Shown here in pieces: positions 22,065-31,061 of a stretch of 64,000 nt of DNA. The notes beneath the pieces are model-generated. The model did not search any database. It saw only the letters and a list, made by a program, of their open reading frames with translations, and was not told the origin of the DNA. The first letter of the stretch is position 1. Every line of letters starts with the position of its first letter. A program made the translations under genes and the position numbers. Source of the DNA: an uncultured Gemmatimonadales bacterium (GTDB lineage Bacteria; Gemmatimonadota; Gemmatimonadetes; Gemmatimonadales; GWC2-71-9); the NCBI GenBank assembly GCA_963826065.1, contig CAWGVP010000006.1, forward strand, positions 213,961-277,960, given 5' to 3'.

Positions 22065-23515
22065 TCACCACCCTCGCCTTCCGTCACCTCCTGGTGAAGA
22101 AGTTCCGCTCGCTGTTCCTGCTGCTCGGCTTCTCCATCGGCGTGGGCGTCATGGTGGTGCTGCTCTCGGTGGGCGAGGCGATGCTGGACCAGTCGCGCGA
22201 CGTCGCACTGGTGGGCGGCGGCGAGGTCACCGTGCTTCCCCAAGGGATCGATGTCGAAGCACTCAGGACCGGCGGGCTCGGCGCGATGTTCTTCGGCATC
22301 GAGCGGGCCCGGTTCCTGACCCGGCAGGCGCTCGGCGGCGAGCGGCACGCCGCCGTCGTCCGCACCGTTGCGCCCGCCATCGAGGGGAAGCTGCTCTACC
22401 TCTGTCCGGCCGCCGGCGAGTGCCGGCCGACGGCAGTGCGGGCGAGCGGCGAGATCCCGAGCCGCGCGTCCGCGCTGGGCGCGGGTGTCAGGCTGCTCGA
22501 GGGACGCTGGATCGACTCCCCCGCCGACTCCGCCTACGTCTCTCCCACGGCGCAACAGCTCTACGACGAGATGGACCGCTTCCATCTGCCTGTCACGCGC
22601 GACTCGACCTGGGGAGAGTGGCACTATTTCAACCTGGTGACGGGACCGGACGAATGGTGGTACGTGACCTTTCTGATCGGCGGGGAGGTGACGCTGACCG
22701 GGCCCGGCGACCGCTGGGGTGGCCGGATGCTGCTCACCCATCGGCGTCCGGACGGCCGCCACGACCGCTACACCTTCGACGCCCCCTCGGCGCGAGTGGC
22801 GTTCGACACCGCGCGGGCGGACGTGGCGATCGGGGAGAGCTTCGTCCGGCAGCGCGACGGCGTCTACCGGCTTCGCGCCGAGGGTCGCTCCGGCGGGAAG
22901 CGGGCGCGGCTCGATCTGGCCGTGCGTCCGGAGCCCAATCGCTACTTCCCTCCGGTCGAGCTTCGGGACGATGAGTTTCGCTCCGGCTACGTGGTGCCCG
23001 CCCTCGCGGCCTCGGCGACGGGCCGGATCTGCGTCGCGGGCCGTTGCGCCGAGGTGGCCGGGGTCCCCGCCTACCACGATCACAACTGGGGCGTGTGGCG
23101 CGACGTGACCTGGGAATGGGGGGCCGCCCGGGGGACGCGGCTCGGCCTGCTTTACGGGGGCGTGTACGGTCCCGATCGCGCGACGACATCACCCTTCTTC
23201 CTCACCGTCGTGGACTCGCTCGGCGTCCGCCGGGTCCTCCGCTTCGGGACGATCGGCTACGAGGGGAGCCGGCCGGCGGACGGTGTCCCGGGCGGCCGCG
23301 CGCCCGAGCGATTCTCGCTCACCGGCACCTGGGAGGCCGACACGGTGAAGCTCTCGGTCGAGGTGGACCATGCCCTCGCGACCGAGATGGACGTCGGCAC
23401 GTTCCGGAGACACTTCATGCAGATGCGGGGTCGGTTCCGGCTGAGCGGCCGGATCATGGATGAGCCGGTCAGTGATTGGGGCGAGGGGTTCTTCGAGACC
23501 TATCTGGCGCAGTAG
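22061..23515 (+). CDS. MacB-type permease N-terminus fused to a lipocalin-like (AttH/CrtC-like) domain
   Basis: LAFRHL...RSLFLLLG first TM helix, then WGEWHYFNL, YHDHNWG and WEWG motifs. Confidence 0.7.
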   Translation: MITTLAFRHLLVKKFRSLFLLLGFSIGVGVMVVLLSVGEAMLDQSRDVALVGGGEVTVLPQGIDVEALRTGGLGAMFFGIERARFLTRQALGGERHAAVVRTVAPAIEGKLLYLCPAAGECRPTAVRASGEIPSRASALGAGVRLLEGRWIDSPADSAYVSPTAQQLYDEMDRFHLPVTRDSTWGEWHYFNLVTGPDEWWYVTFLIGGEVTLTGPGDRWGGRMLLTHRRPDGRHDRYTFDAPSARVAFDTARADVAIGESFVRQRDGVYRLRAEGRSGGKRARLDLAVRPEPNRYFPPVELRDDEFRSGYVVPALAASATGRICVAGRCAEVAGVPAYHDHNWGVWRDVTWEWGAARGTRLGLLYGGVYGPDRATTSPFFLTVVDSLGVRRVLRFGTIGYEGSRPADGVPGGRAPERFSLTGTWEADTVKLSVEVDHALATEMDVGTFRRHFMQMRGRFRLSGRIMDEPVSDWGEGFFETYLAQ

Positions 23516-23528
23516 ATTCAGGTTTCCA

Positions 23529-26450
23529 ATGACCGACACCTTGCAGCGCCTGATCGTCGCACTTGGCGAACGTTACGTCCTTGAGCGCGAGATCGGCGCG
23601 GGCGGGATGGCGACGGTCTACCTGGCCAGGGATCTGCGACACGGCCGCAACGTCGCCATCAAGGTCATCCGGCCCGAGCTGAGCGGGCCCGGCGGAATCG
23701 CGCGCTTCCTCCGCGAGATCGAGCTCGCCGCAGGCCTGCAGCATCCCCACATTCTCCCGGTTTTCGATTCCGGCACGGTCGACGACGGCGTCGGCGGCCG
23801 GATGCCGTACTTCGTCATGCCGTTCGTCGAAGGGGAGACGCTGCGCGCGCGGCTGGGCCGGGAAAAGCAGCTGCCGGTGGACGATGCCATCTCACTCGCT
23901 GCGGAGGTGGCCGACGCGCTGGCCTACGCCCACGCCCACGGCGTGGTGCACCGTGACATCAAGCCGGAAAACATCCTGATGAGCGGTGGGCATGGCGTGG
24001 TCGCCGACTTCGGCGTCGCCAAGGCGATCGAGAGCGGCGCCGCACCCGGCGGGGAGGCTGCGGCGAGTTTGACCCAGGTCGGCCTCGCGATCGGGACCCC
24101 GCACTACATGGCGCCGGAGCAGGCGACGGGGCGCGACGTGGTGGACGCTCGGGCCGATCAGTACAGCCTTGGCTGCGTCCTCTATGAGATGCTCGCCGGC
24201 ACGCCGCCTTTCGCGGGCGGCGGGGCCCAAGCGGTGGTTGCCAGGAACATGACCGCGCCGCGCCCGCACGTCGGAAAGGTGCGGCAGGACGTCTCGAACG
24301 CGCTGGAGGACGTGATCATCCGCGCGATGGCGATCGTCCCCGCCGACCGGTTTTCCGACATAAGTGCCCTCGCCACCGCCCTCCGGCAGGCGCGTACGAC
24401 GGCCAGGCCCCGACGGAGGACCGCGGTGGTCCTCGCCGCGGCGGCGATCGCGGCGAGCGCGGCGGGCGCGGTCGCATGGCTCGCCACCCGGCCCAGCGCG
24501 ATCGCCGTCACCGAAGAGGCGGAGACCATCGCGGTGCTCCCCTTCAACGCCTCGGGTCCGGGGGTGGAGGTGCTGGGCGAGGGGATGGTGGACCTGCTGG
24601 CCACCAATCTTCAGGGCGTAGGCGGCATCAAGACGGTGGACCCGCGACTGGTGCTGAAGCGCTCGGCCGGTGGTGACGGAGGCAGCCAACGCAGTGTGGA
24701 GCAGGGACTGCATCTCGGTCGCGAGCTCGACGCCGGGTCGGTGGTGATGGGAAGCGCCGTCTCCACCGGGGGGCGGGTTCGCATCGCCGCCGACCTCTAT
24801 TCCGTGGTGGGCGGCGAACGGCTGGGCCGAGCGCAGGTGGACGGACCCGCCGACAGCATCCTGCCGCTGGTGGACCGGCTCAGCATCGCCCTCCTGCGGG
24901 ATGTCTGGCGCTCGCGCGAGCCGCTGCCGAGTCTCGACATCGCTTCCCTCACGACCGATTCGATCGCAGCGCTGCGGGCCTACCTCCAGGGCGAGCGCTA
25001 CTACCGCCGGTTCGCCCTCGACTCGGCCCAGGTGGCGTACACGCGCGCGGTGGAAGTGGATTCCACCTTCGCGCTGGCGCATCTGAGGCGCGCGCTGGTC
25101 TACGGGTGGACCGGAGGGTACGGGAGCCCGGCCTCGCACCAGGCGGCGGAGGCGGGGTTCCGGTTCGCCGGGCGGCTGCCGCCCCGCAGCAGAAGGCTGT
25201 TGGAGGGATACCGGGCCTTCGAGCAGGGGTCGCCGCTGGCCATTGACTCCATGCGGGCGTACGTGACCGAGTATCCCGACGACCCGGAGGGCTGGTACAC
25301 CTACGGCGAGGCGCTCTACCACCTCCGGGAGACCGTCCCCAAGCCACCCGACACCATCATCGCGGCATTCGACAAGGTGATCGCGGGCGACTCGAGCCTC
25401 ACGCCGGCCATCATACACCCGCTCGAGCTCATGCTGATGTACCGGGACAGCGCGAGGTACGGCCGCTACCTGCGGCTCCTCGAGCGGACTGCCCCGGCTC
25501 AGCAGGCCGCCGGCGGCCGGGTGGCCGCCGGGATCGCCTGGGGGCCGCGGCCGAATGACAGCGCTCTCCGATCGGCGATGGCGACCTCGCCCCACGCCGT
25601 GTTCCTCGCGGCGGGATCGCTCTATCGTGACGAGACCGCGACCTCGGACACCATCCTCGAGCGGATGGAGTGGGTGCGGGGAGCCCTCCCGGTCAACTCG
25701 CCGGCCCGACGGTTCTCGCCGATCAGCCGCGGCTTCGCGCTGGTAGGCTTCGGCCGGCTGCGCGAGGCCAGGGCCGTGGTGGATACGGTTGCGGCGATTG
25801 CCCCTGGAGCCGCCATCGGCATACTGGGCTGGCCCATCGTGCTCGGTCTCGTCCCGAGGTCATTCGGCGGGAGGCAGCTCGATTCTCTCCTGGCGTTGGA
25901 CCGGAACGGACCGGAGAGTCCCCGCCTGGAGGCCTACCGCGACGCCATGCGGGCCATCGTCCAGGGCCGCCCCGACAGCGCGCTCCGCATCGCCACGGAA
26001 GGTATGGAACTGCCGGCCGAGAACCCTGATTCGGCGAAAGAGCGTGGGCTGCTCGAGGCTACCGGCGGCTGGGCGCGCATGGTGAAGGGAGACACGGCCG
26101 CCGGGATCGCCGCCCTTCGCTCCGGGCTTGCCAAGGCCAGCGGTCCGAACACCGCGGAGACGACTGCGTTCCTCCGATTCCAGCTGGCGCTGGCGCTCGC
26201 CGCGGATGCCGATACCCGGGATGAGGGGATCAATCGCCTCCGGTACGGCTTCGACCACTCGGCGCTGTATCTGGTCCCGCTGTCATCGCTCGCGCTGGGG
26301 CGAACCTACGAGGCCGCCGGCAAGCGCGACTCCGCGGCAATCGCGTACGGCCGGTTCCTCCGGCTCTGGGACAAGGCCGATCCGGAAGTCCAGGGCCGGG
26401 TCGCCGAGGCTCGGGACGCGCTCCAGCGACTCACCGCCGAGCCCCGCTGA
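23529..26450 (+). CDS. Ser/Thr protein kinase with TM, TolB_N-like and TPR-like regions
   Basis: GAGGMATV, VAIK, HRDIKPEN, DFG, GTPHYMAPE; IAVLPF; AYLQGE; LWDKADPE C-terminus. Confidence 0.93.
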   Translation: MTDTLQRLIVALGERYVLEREIGAGGMATVYLARDLRHGRNVAIKVIRPELSGPGGIARFLREIELAAGLQHPHILPVFDSGTVDDGVGGRMPYFVMPFVEGETLRARLGREKQLPVDDAISLAAEVADALAYAHAHGVVHRDIKPENILMSGGHGVVADFGVAKAIESGAAPGGEAAASLTQVGLAIGTPHYMAPEQATGRDVVDARADQYSLGCVLYEMLAGTPPFAGGGAQAVVARNMTAPRPHVGKVRQDVSNALEDVIIRAMAIVPADRFSDISALATALRQARTTARPRRRTAVVLAAAAIAASAAGAVAWLATRPSAIAVTEEAETIAVLPFNASGPGVEVLGEGMVDLLATNLQGVGGIKTVDPRLVLKRSAGGDGGSQRSVEQGLHLGRELDAGSVVMGSAVSTGGRVRIAADLYSVVGGERLGRAQVDGPADSILPLVDRLSIALLRDVWRSREPLPSLDIASLTTDSIAALRAYLQGERYYRRFALDSAQVAYTRAVEVDSTFALAHLRRALVYGWTGGYGSPASHQAAEAGFRFAGRLPPRSRRLLEGYRAFEQGSPLAIDSMRAYVTEYPDDPEGWYTYGEALYHLRETVPKPPDTIIAAFDKVIAGDSSLTPAIIHPLELMLMYRDSARYGRYLRLLERTAPAQQAAGGRVAAGIAWGPRPNDSALRSAMATSPHAVFLAAGSLYRDETATSDTILERMEWVRGALPVNSPARRFSPISRGFALVGFGRLREARAVVDTVAAIAPGAAIGILGWPIVLGLVPRSFGGRQLDSLLALDRNGPESPRLEAYRDAMRAIVQGRPDSALRIATEGMELPAENPDSAKERGLLEATGGWARMVKGDTAAGIAALRSGLAKASGPNTAETTAFLRFQLALALAADADTRDEGINRLRYGFDHSALYLVPLSSLALGRTYEAAGKRDSAAIAYGRFLRLWDKADPEVQGRVAEARDALQRLTAEPR

Positions 26451-26455
26451 GCTCT

Positions 26456-26821
26456 GTGGACACCCGCGAGCTGGGACGGTCGCTGATCGACACCTTCGGA
26501 GCGGGCTGGTCCAGGGGCAACGTCGACCGGATCATGTCGGTGTTCCGCGACGACGCAGTTTTCATCGAGACCCCTTTCTCGGACCCTCTGCGCGGCGCGG
26601 AAGCAGTTCGCCGCTACTGGCTCGAGGTGCCGCTGCACCAGTCGGAGATCACCTTTACCTCGGGGGAGATCTTCGCCGCGGGACCCTGGTTCAGCACCGA
26701 GTTCAAGTGCGTGTTCCAACGGAAGCGAACCGGCGAGTGGGTCGACGCCCGTGGCGCGATCTTTTGCGAGACCGATGGGGAGAAGGTCACGGAAATGCGG
26801 ATGTACTGGCACCGCAGTTAA
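26456..26821 (+). CDS. NTF2/SnoaL-like protein
   Basis: FRDDAVFIETPF...GAEAVRRYW...EMRMYW pattern. Confidence 0.85.
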   Translation: MDTRELGRSLIDTFGAGWSRGNVDRIMSVFRDDAVFIETPFSDPLRGAEAVRRYWLEVPLHQSEITFTSGEIFAAGPWFSTEFKCVFQRKRTGEWVDARGAIFCETDGEKVTEMRMYWHRS

Positions 26822-26924
26822 CCGTCCCCAACTGTCCACGTCCCATCAGATTGGAGCCCACGCCGGAGGACGCTCCGGGAACGAACCCGCCGGCTAAGTG
26901 GTTATGGTACAAAGGGCTCGACGC

Positions 26925-26940
26925 TGGCACGCGGTTCGCA
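26925..26940 (+). promoter_or_regulatory. Putative sigma-54 promoter
   Basis: TGGCACG-cggt-TCGCA with exact GG-N10-GC spacing, about 80 bp upstream of ATG 27017. Confidence 0.6.
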
Positions 26941-27016
26941 GAGGGTGGAAGAGCTACTCTAACGCAGTGCCCCGTCTCAATTTCCAGCAGGGCAACGGCA
27001 GTTCCGGGAGGGCGCC

Positions 27017-28498
27017 ATGTACCTCAGTCTGCTCCTTCCACTCCTCCTCGCGAGTGGGCCGGGCCAGCCGGCCGCGGCGACCGCGGACGATCCCCCGATC
27101 CAGATCTGGATCAACAACGACGGACGCTTCCTCCGTGGCGACCGTGCCAGGGTGCATGTGCGCACTGAGGACGATGGCTACCTGGTCGTGCTTCACGCCG
27201 ATGCCGAAGGGCACCTCCGCGTACTCTTTCCGCTCGACCCGACCGACGACAATTTCGTCCGCGGCGGCAAGAAATACGAAGTCGAGGGCCGCGGCGGTCG
27301 CGACGCATTCGACGTAGGCGACCGGTCGGGGCGCGGCACGGTCTACGCGTCCGTCTCCGGCACGCCGTTCCGGTTCGACGAGTTCACCGTCAGCGGCCAT
27401 TGGGACTACCGGGCGCTCGAGCCTCAGCGGCTGGCCGAGGATCCCGAGCCGGAGCTGACCGAACTGACGCGGCGGATGGCGCAGGGCAGCTTCGACTACG
27501 ACGTCATGAGCTATTACGTCGTGGACCGCGTGGTGTATTCCAACGACTACTCGTACAGCCGCCCCTACTACAGCGGGCTGTACTACGACGACTTCGGCTG
27601 TGGCTACTACGACAGCTGCGGCAGCGGGCTGTCGGTGAACCTGTTCTTCGGGCGGCCGTTCTACCGGCGGCACTACTACTCGCCGTTCCACTACGCGTAC
27701 AACCCGTACTACGACCCGTTCTTCTACGACCCGTATTATTACCGGCCGTACTACTATCGCCCGGTGTACTACTATCCGCGGCACTATTGGGGCTCGCCGT
27801 ACTACTATCGGAACGTGGCGCGGCCCTACACTCCGTACCGTTTCCGCGATCGCACCGTGACGAACGCGGACTATCGCGACCGCCGCTACACCTTCGGGCG
27901 CGCGGTGAACACGGTGCATACCCGGCCGATCTCGCGGCTCTCGGAGCCGGAAGTCGCCTCGCCGGCCCGGCGTGTCGTGGAGCGGAACGAGATGGAGCGT
28001 CCGGAGGCGACGGTCGCGCGGCGGACGAACGATCCACGGTCGAGTGGTGCAGTCGCGGACCGGTCCGATCCGAGGCGCGCGGTAGAGCGGTCCAACGAGC
28101 CGCGCACCATCGAGGCTCGTCGGGCGCGCCCGCGTGAGGCATCCCCGTCGGCTCCTCAGCCGCGCGACGTGAGTCCGCGACGCTCGGCGGAATCGGGTTC
28201 GACGGAATCGCGTTCGCGGAGCGAAGCCGCTCCGGCGCGCGATGAGCGGAGACAGCCCGAAGCACGGCGGTCGGAGCCGAGGGCCGAGCCAAGAGCCGAG
28301 CCGAGGGCGGCGCCCAGGTCCGAGCCTCGGTCCGAGCCCAGGTCCGAGCCGCGGTCCAACGACGGTGGCGGGCGGCGGGTGGAGCGGTCGTCCGGCTCGT
28401 CGTCGGGCTCCAGTTGGAGCGGTGGCGGAAGGATGAGTGGTGGCGGCGGTAGTGGTGGGGGAGGGAGCGTGTCGTCTGGCGGTGGTCGCAGGCGTTAA
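27017..28498 (+). CDS. Exported DUF4384-like protein with Tyr-rich and R/S/E/P/G low-complexity tail
   Basis: Signal peptide; DGYLVVLHAD...RVLFPLDP motif; RBS GGGAGG. Confidence 0.8.
   Translation: MYLSLLLPLLLASGPGQPAAATADDPPIQIWINNDGRFLRGDRARVHVRTEDDGYLVVLHADAEGHLRVLFPLDPTDDNFVRGGKKYEVEGRGGRDAFDVGDRSGRGTVYASVSGTPFRFDEFTVSGHWDYRALEPQRLAEDPEPELTELTRRMAQGSFDYDVMSYYVVDRVVYSNDYSYSRPYYSGLYYDDFGCGYYDSCGSGLSVNLFFGRPFYRRHYYSPFHYAYNPYYDPFFYDPYYYRPYYYRPVYYYPRHYWGSPYYYRNVARPYTPYRFRDRTVTNADYRDRRYTFGRAVNTVHTRPISRLSEPEVASPARRVVERNEMERPEATVARRTNDPRSSGAVADRSDPRRAVERSNEPRTIEARRARPREASPSAPQPRDVSPRRSAESGSTESRSRSEAAPARDERRQPEARRSEPRAEPRAEPRAAPRSEPRSEPRSEPRSNDGGGRRVERSSGSSSGSSWSGGGRMSGGGGSGGGGSVSSGGGRRR
28271..28354 (+). 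repeat. Coding 12-bp tandem repeat, (S/A)EPR-like x7
   Basis: SEPR-AEPR-AEPR-AAPR-SEPR-SEPR-SEPR with synonymous variation. Confidence 0.85.
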
Positions 28499-28514
28499 CG
28501 CTCAGGGCAGTAAA

Positions 28515-28554
28515 CGAACGGGCCCCCGGGGGAACTGACCCGGGGGCCCGTTCG
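28515..28554. terminator. Bidirectional intrinsic terminator
   Basis: Perfect 16-bp stem CGAACGGGCCCCCGGG/CCCGGGGGCCCGTTCG between convergent genes, with A/T-rich flanks. Confidence 0.8.
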
Positions 28555-28565
28555 CTTGTTTCCGA

Positions 28566-29030
28566 CTAGATGGACTTTCTACGGGCGTAATCGAGACCCC
28601 AGTCGAGCAGCTCGGCGCTCCTGAGCCCGACCCGCATCGCCTGTGCGATCGCTTCTTCTTCGTCCAGGCCCTGGCTCAGCATGAGATAGGGAAGCAACGC
28701 CCCGCCCACTCTGCTTCCGCTGCCGCAGTGGACGAACACAGGCCTGTCCCCCGCGTCCCGCAACACCCCGTGGATTCGCTCCAGCGTGGCGTCCGTCATC
28801 GTGCCGGTCGAAACCGGAACGACCACGTACTCCAGGCCCAGCCGCTCGGCAGTCGCGGGCTCGTCGAGAGGGCGGGGCTCCATCGGGTCGCGCAGATCGA
28901 GCACGATCCGGCCGCCCGACTCCTTGAAGGCCTCGAGGTCCGCGGTGGAGGGTTGGCCCCCGGTCACCACGTTGGGGAGGAGCTGGCAGGCGTTGGGGAC
29001 GCGTTCGAGCGCCTGGTAGGCCGTTGACAT
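28566..29030 (-). CDS. DUF442/Blh-like phosphatase-sulfurtransferase domain protein
   Basis: TGGQP, DLR, VHCGSGSR (CX5R). Confidence 0.85.
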   Translation of the reverse strand: MSTAYQALERVPNACQLLPNVVTGGQPSTADLEAFKESGGRIVLDLRDPMEPRPLDEPATAERLGLEYVVVPVSTGTMTDATLERIHGVLRDAGDRPVFVHCGSGSRVGGALLPYLMLSQGLDEEEAIAQAMRVGLRSAELLDWGLDYARRKSI

Positions 29031-29194
29031 GAGGGGCAAGATATTCGCCGTGCCGGCGGATGTCAGGGGTCCAGGGAGGCTGGCAAAGCCTCGCCAACCC
29101 CAGCCTCCCTGGGCCCCTCGGTTCGCTCACCGGGCATTGTCGCTTGAGCCCGTTTTTCGCGGCCGCGCGCTCTGCCCCGATATACATTTCCGGC

Positions 29195-31039
29195 GTGCTC
29201 CGCCTGGCGATCGCCCAGCTTCGGCCCCACAAGGGCGCCTATGACGAGAACCTCTGCCGGCTGGGGGCCTTCTTCCGGGAGGCCGCCGGCTGGGCCGAGC
29301 CGCCTGACCTGGTGGTGGCACCGGAAGCGGCACTCACCGGCTACTTCCTCGAGGGCGGAGTCCGCGACTTGGCCGTCTCCGCCGATCAGCTGCTCGACGA
29401 CCTCTCCGCTCAGCACCGGGATGCCCAGGCACCGCCGCTCGACGTCGCCCTGGGCTTCTACGAGGTCCATCAGAACCGGCTCTACAATTCTGCCCTCTAT
29501 GCCCGTCTCGGCGGCCCCGAGGCGGGCATCCGCCACGTGCACCGGAAGGTGTTTCTCCCGACCTACGGGGTGTTCGACGAGGAGCGCTTCGTGGAGGCAG
29601 GCCGGAGCGTGCAGGCGTTCGACACCGCCTGGGGCCGGGCGGCGATTCTGATCTGCGAGGATGCCTGGCATTCCTTCACGCCGATGCTCGCGGCCCTCGA
29701 CGGCGCCCAGCTCATCATCGTGCCGAGCGCGAGCCCGGCGCGCGGCCCCGTTCCGGGCGACGATTCCGGCGCGGGCCGGCCGGCGAGCCTCGGCCGCTGG
29801 AGCCGGATCATCCAGGACATCGCGGGCGAGCACGGCGTCTACGTCGCGCTGGCGCAGTTGGTGGGTTTCGAGGGGGGCAAGGCGTTCCCGGGGGGCTCGA
29901 TCGTGGCGACGCCGCGGGGCGAGCTGATGGCGCAGGGCCCCATCTTTCAGGAAGCCCTGATCCCGGCGACGCTCGACTTCGAGGAGATCACCCGGGCGCG
30001 GACCGACTTGCCGCTGCTGGCGGACCTGGAGATGCGGCTGCCGCATCTGCTGGGCTCGCTGCATGCGGCGAGGCGGTCGGGGTCGGGGAAGGGATATGGT
30101 GGCAGCGGGGCAGCGGAGGGCGGAACCGGGGTTGTTGCGCCGGGTGTGGGTAATGCTGGTGGCAGGGCCGGTAGGAAGGTGAAGAAGCGTGTCACCCTGA
30201 GCTCAGCGAAGGGGCCGACGTCCGACCCGCTCGCCATCGACCCGGAGCTGACTTCCCACTGGCTGGTGGAATTCCTCCGCGACGAGGTTCAGCGCCGCCG
30301 GGGTTTCGAGAAGGTCGTCATCGGGCTCTCCGGCGGCGTGGACAGCTCGCTGGTTGCGTACCTCGCAGCGGGGGCCCTCGGCGCGGAGAACGTCATCGGC
30401 GTCAGGATGCCGTATCGGACCTCGAGCCCGGAGAGTCTGGAACACGCCCAGCTGGTGATCGACGCGCTCGGCATCCAGGCCAGGACGGTGGACATCAGCG
30501 CGGCGGTTGACGGGCTGGCCGCCGCGATCGGCGGCGTGAGCGAGCCGGGACGCCTGGGCAACATCATGGCCCGGGCACGCATGATCACGCTGTTCGACAT
30601 CTCGGCCGCCGAGCGGGCGCTGCCGGTCGGCACCGGCAACAAGACCGAGCGGCTGCTCGGCTACTTCACCTGGCACGCGGACGACTCGCCGCCGGTGAAC
30701 CCGATCGGCGACCTCTTCAAGACCCAGGTCTGGACCCTCGCCCGGCACGTGAAGGTGCCCGACGTGATCGTCTCCAAGCCGGCCAGCGCGGATCTCATCG
30801 AGGGACAGACCGACGAGGGCGACTTCGGCATCTCCTACCCCCGGGCCGACGCGATCCTGCACTGGATCCTGCTCGGCTATCGCAACGAGGAGATCGTCCC
30901 GCTCGGCTTCACGGAGAATGAGCTGGCGCTGGTCCGCCGCCGGCTGGATTCCACCCACTGGAAACGCCGGCTTCCCACCGTCGCCATGCTCAGCGCGACG
31001 GCGATCGGGGAGTACTACCTGAGACCGGTCGATTATTGA
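29195..31039 (+). CDS. nadE: Glutamine-dependent NAD+ synthetase (CN-hydrolase + NAD synthase domains)
   Basis: PE, HRKVFLPTY, ICEDAW; SGGVDS, NIMARARM, GTGNKTE, KPASADL; GTG start 29195. Confidence 0.95.
   Translation: MLRLAIAQLRPHKGAYDENLCRLGAFFREAAGWAEPPDLVVAPEAALTGYFLEGGVRDLAVSADQLLDDLSAQHRDAQAPPLDVALGFYEVHQNRLYNSALYARLGGPEAGIRHVHRKVFLPTYGVFDEERFVEAGRSVQAFDTAWGRAAILICEDAWHSFTPMLAALDGAQLIIVPSASPARGPVPGDDSGAGRPASLGRWSRIIQDIAGEHGVYVALAQLVGFEGGKAFPGGSIVATPRGELMAQGPIFQEALIPATLDFEEITRARTDLPLLADLEMRLPHLLGSLHAARRSGSGKGYGGSGAAEGGTGVVAPGVGNAGGRAGRKVKKRVTLSSAKGPTSDPLAIDPELTSHWLVEFLRDEVQRRRGFEKVVIGLSGGVDSSLVAYLAAGALGAENVIGVRMPYRTSSPESLEHAQLVIDALGIQARTVDISAAVDGLAAAIGGVSEPGRLGNIMARARMITLFDISAAERALPVGTGNKTERLLGYFTWHADDSPPVNPIGDLFKTQVWTLARHVKVPDVIVSKPASADLIEGQTDEGDFGISYPRADAILHWILLGYRNEEIVPLGFTENELALVRRRLDSTHWKRRLPTVAMLSATAIGEYYLRPVDY
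30190..30216 (+). repeat. Single REP-like arm inside the nadE interdomain linker (locus B)
   Basis: TGTCACCCTGAGCTCAGCGAAGGGGCC differs from the arm at 36864 only in the loop; translated as VTLSSAKGP. Confidence 0.85.
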
Positions 31040-31061
31040 CCGAGCCTGCGGGCGCGCACCG

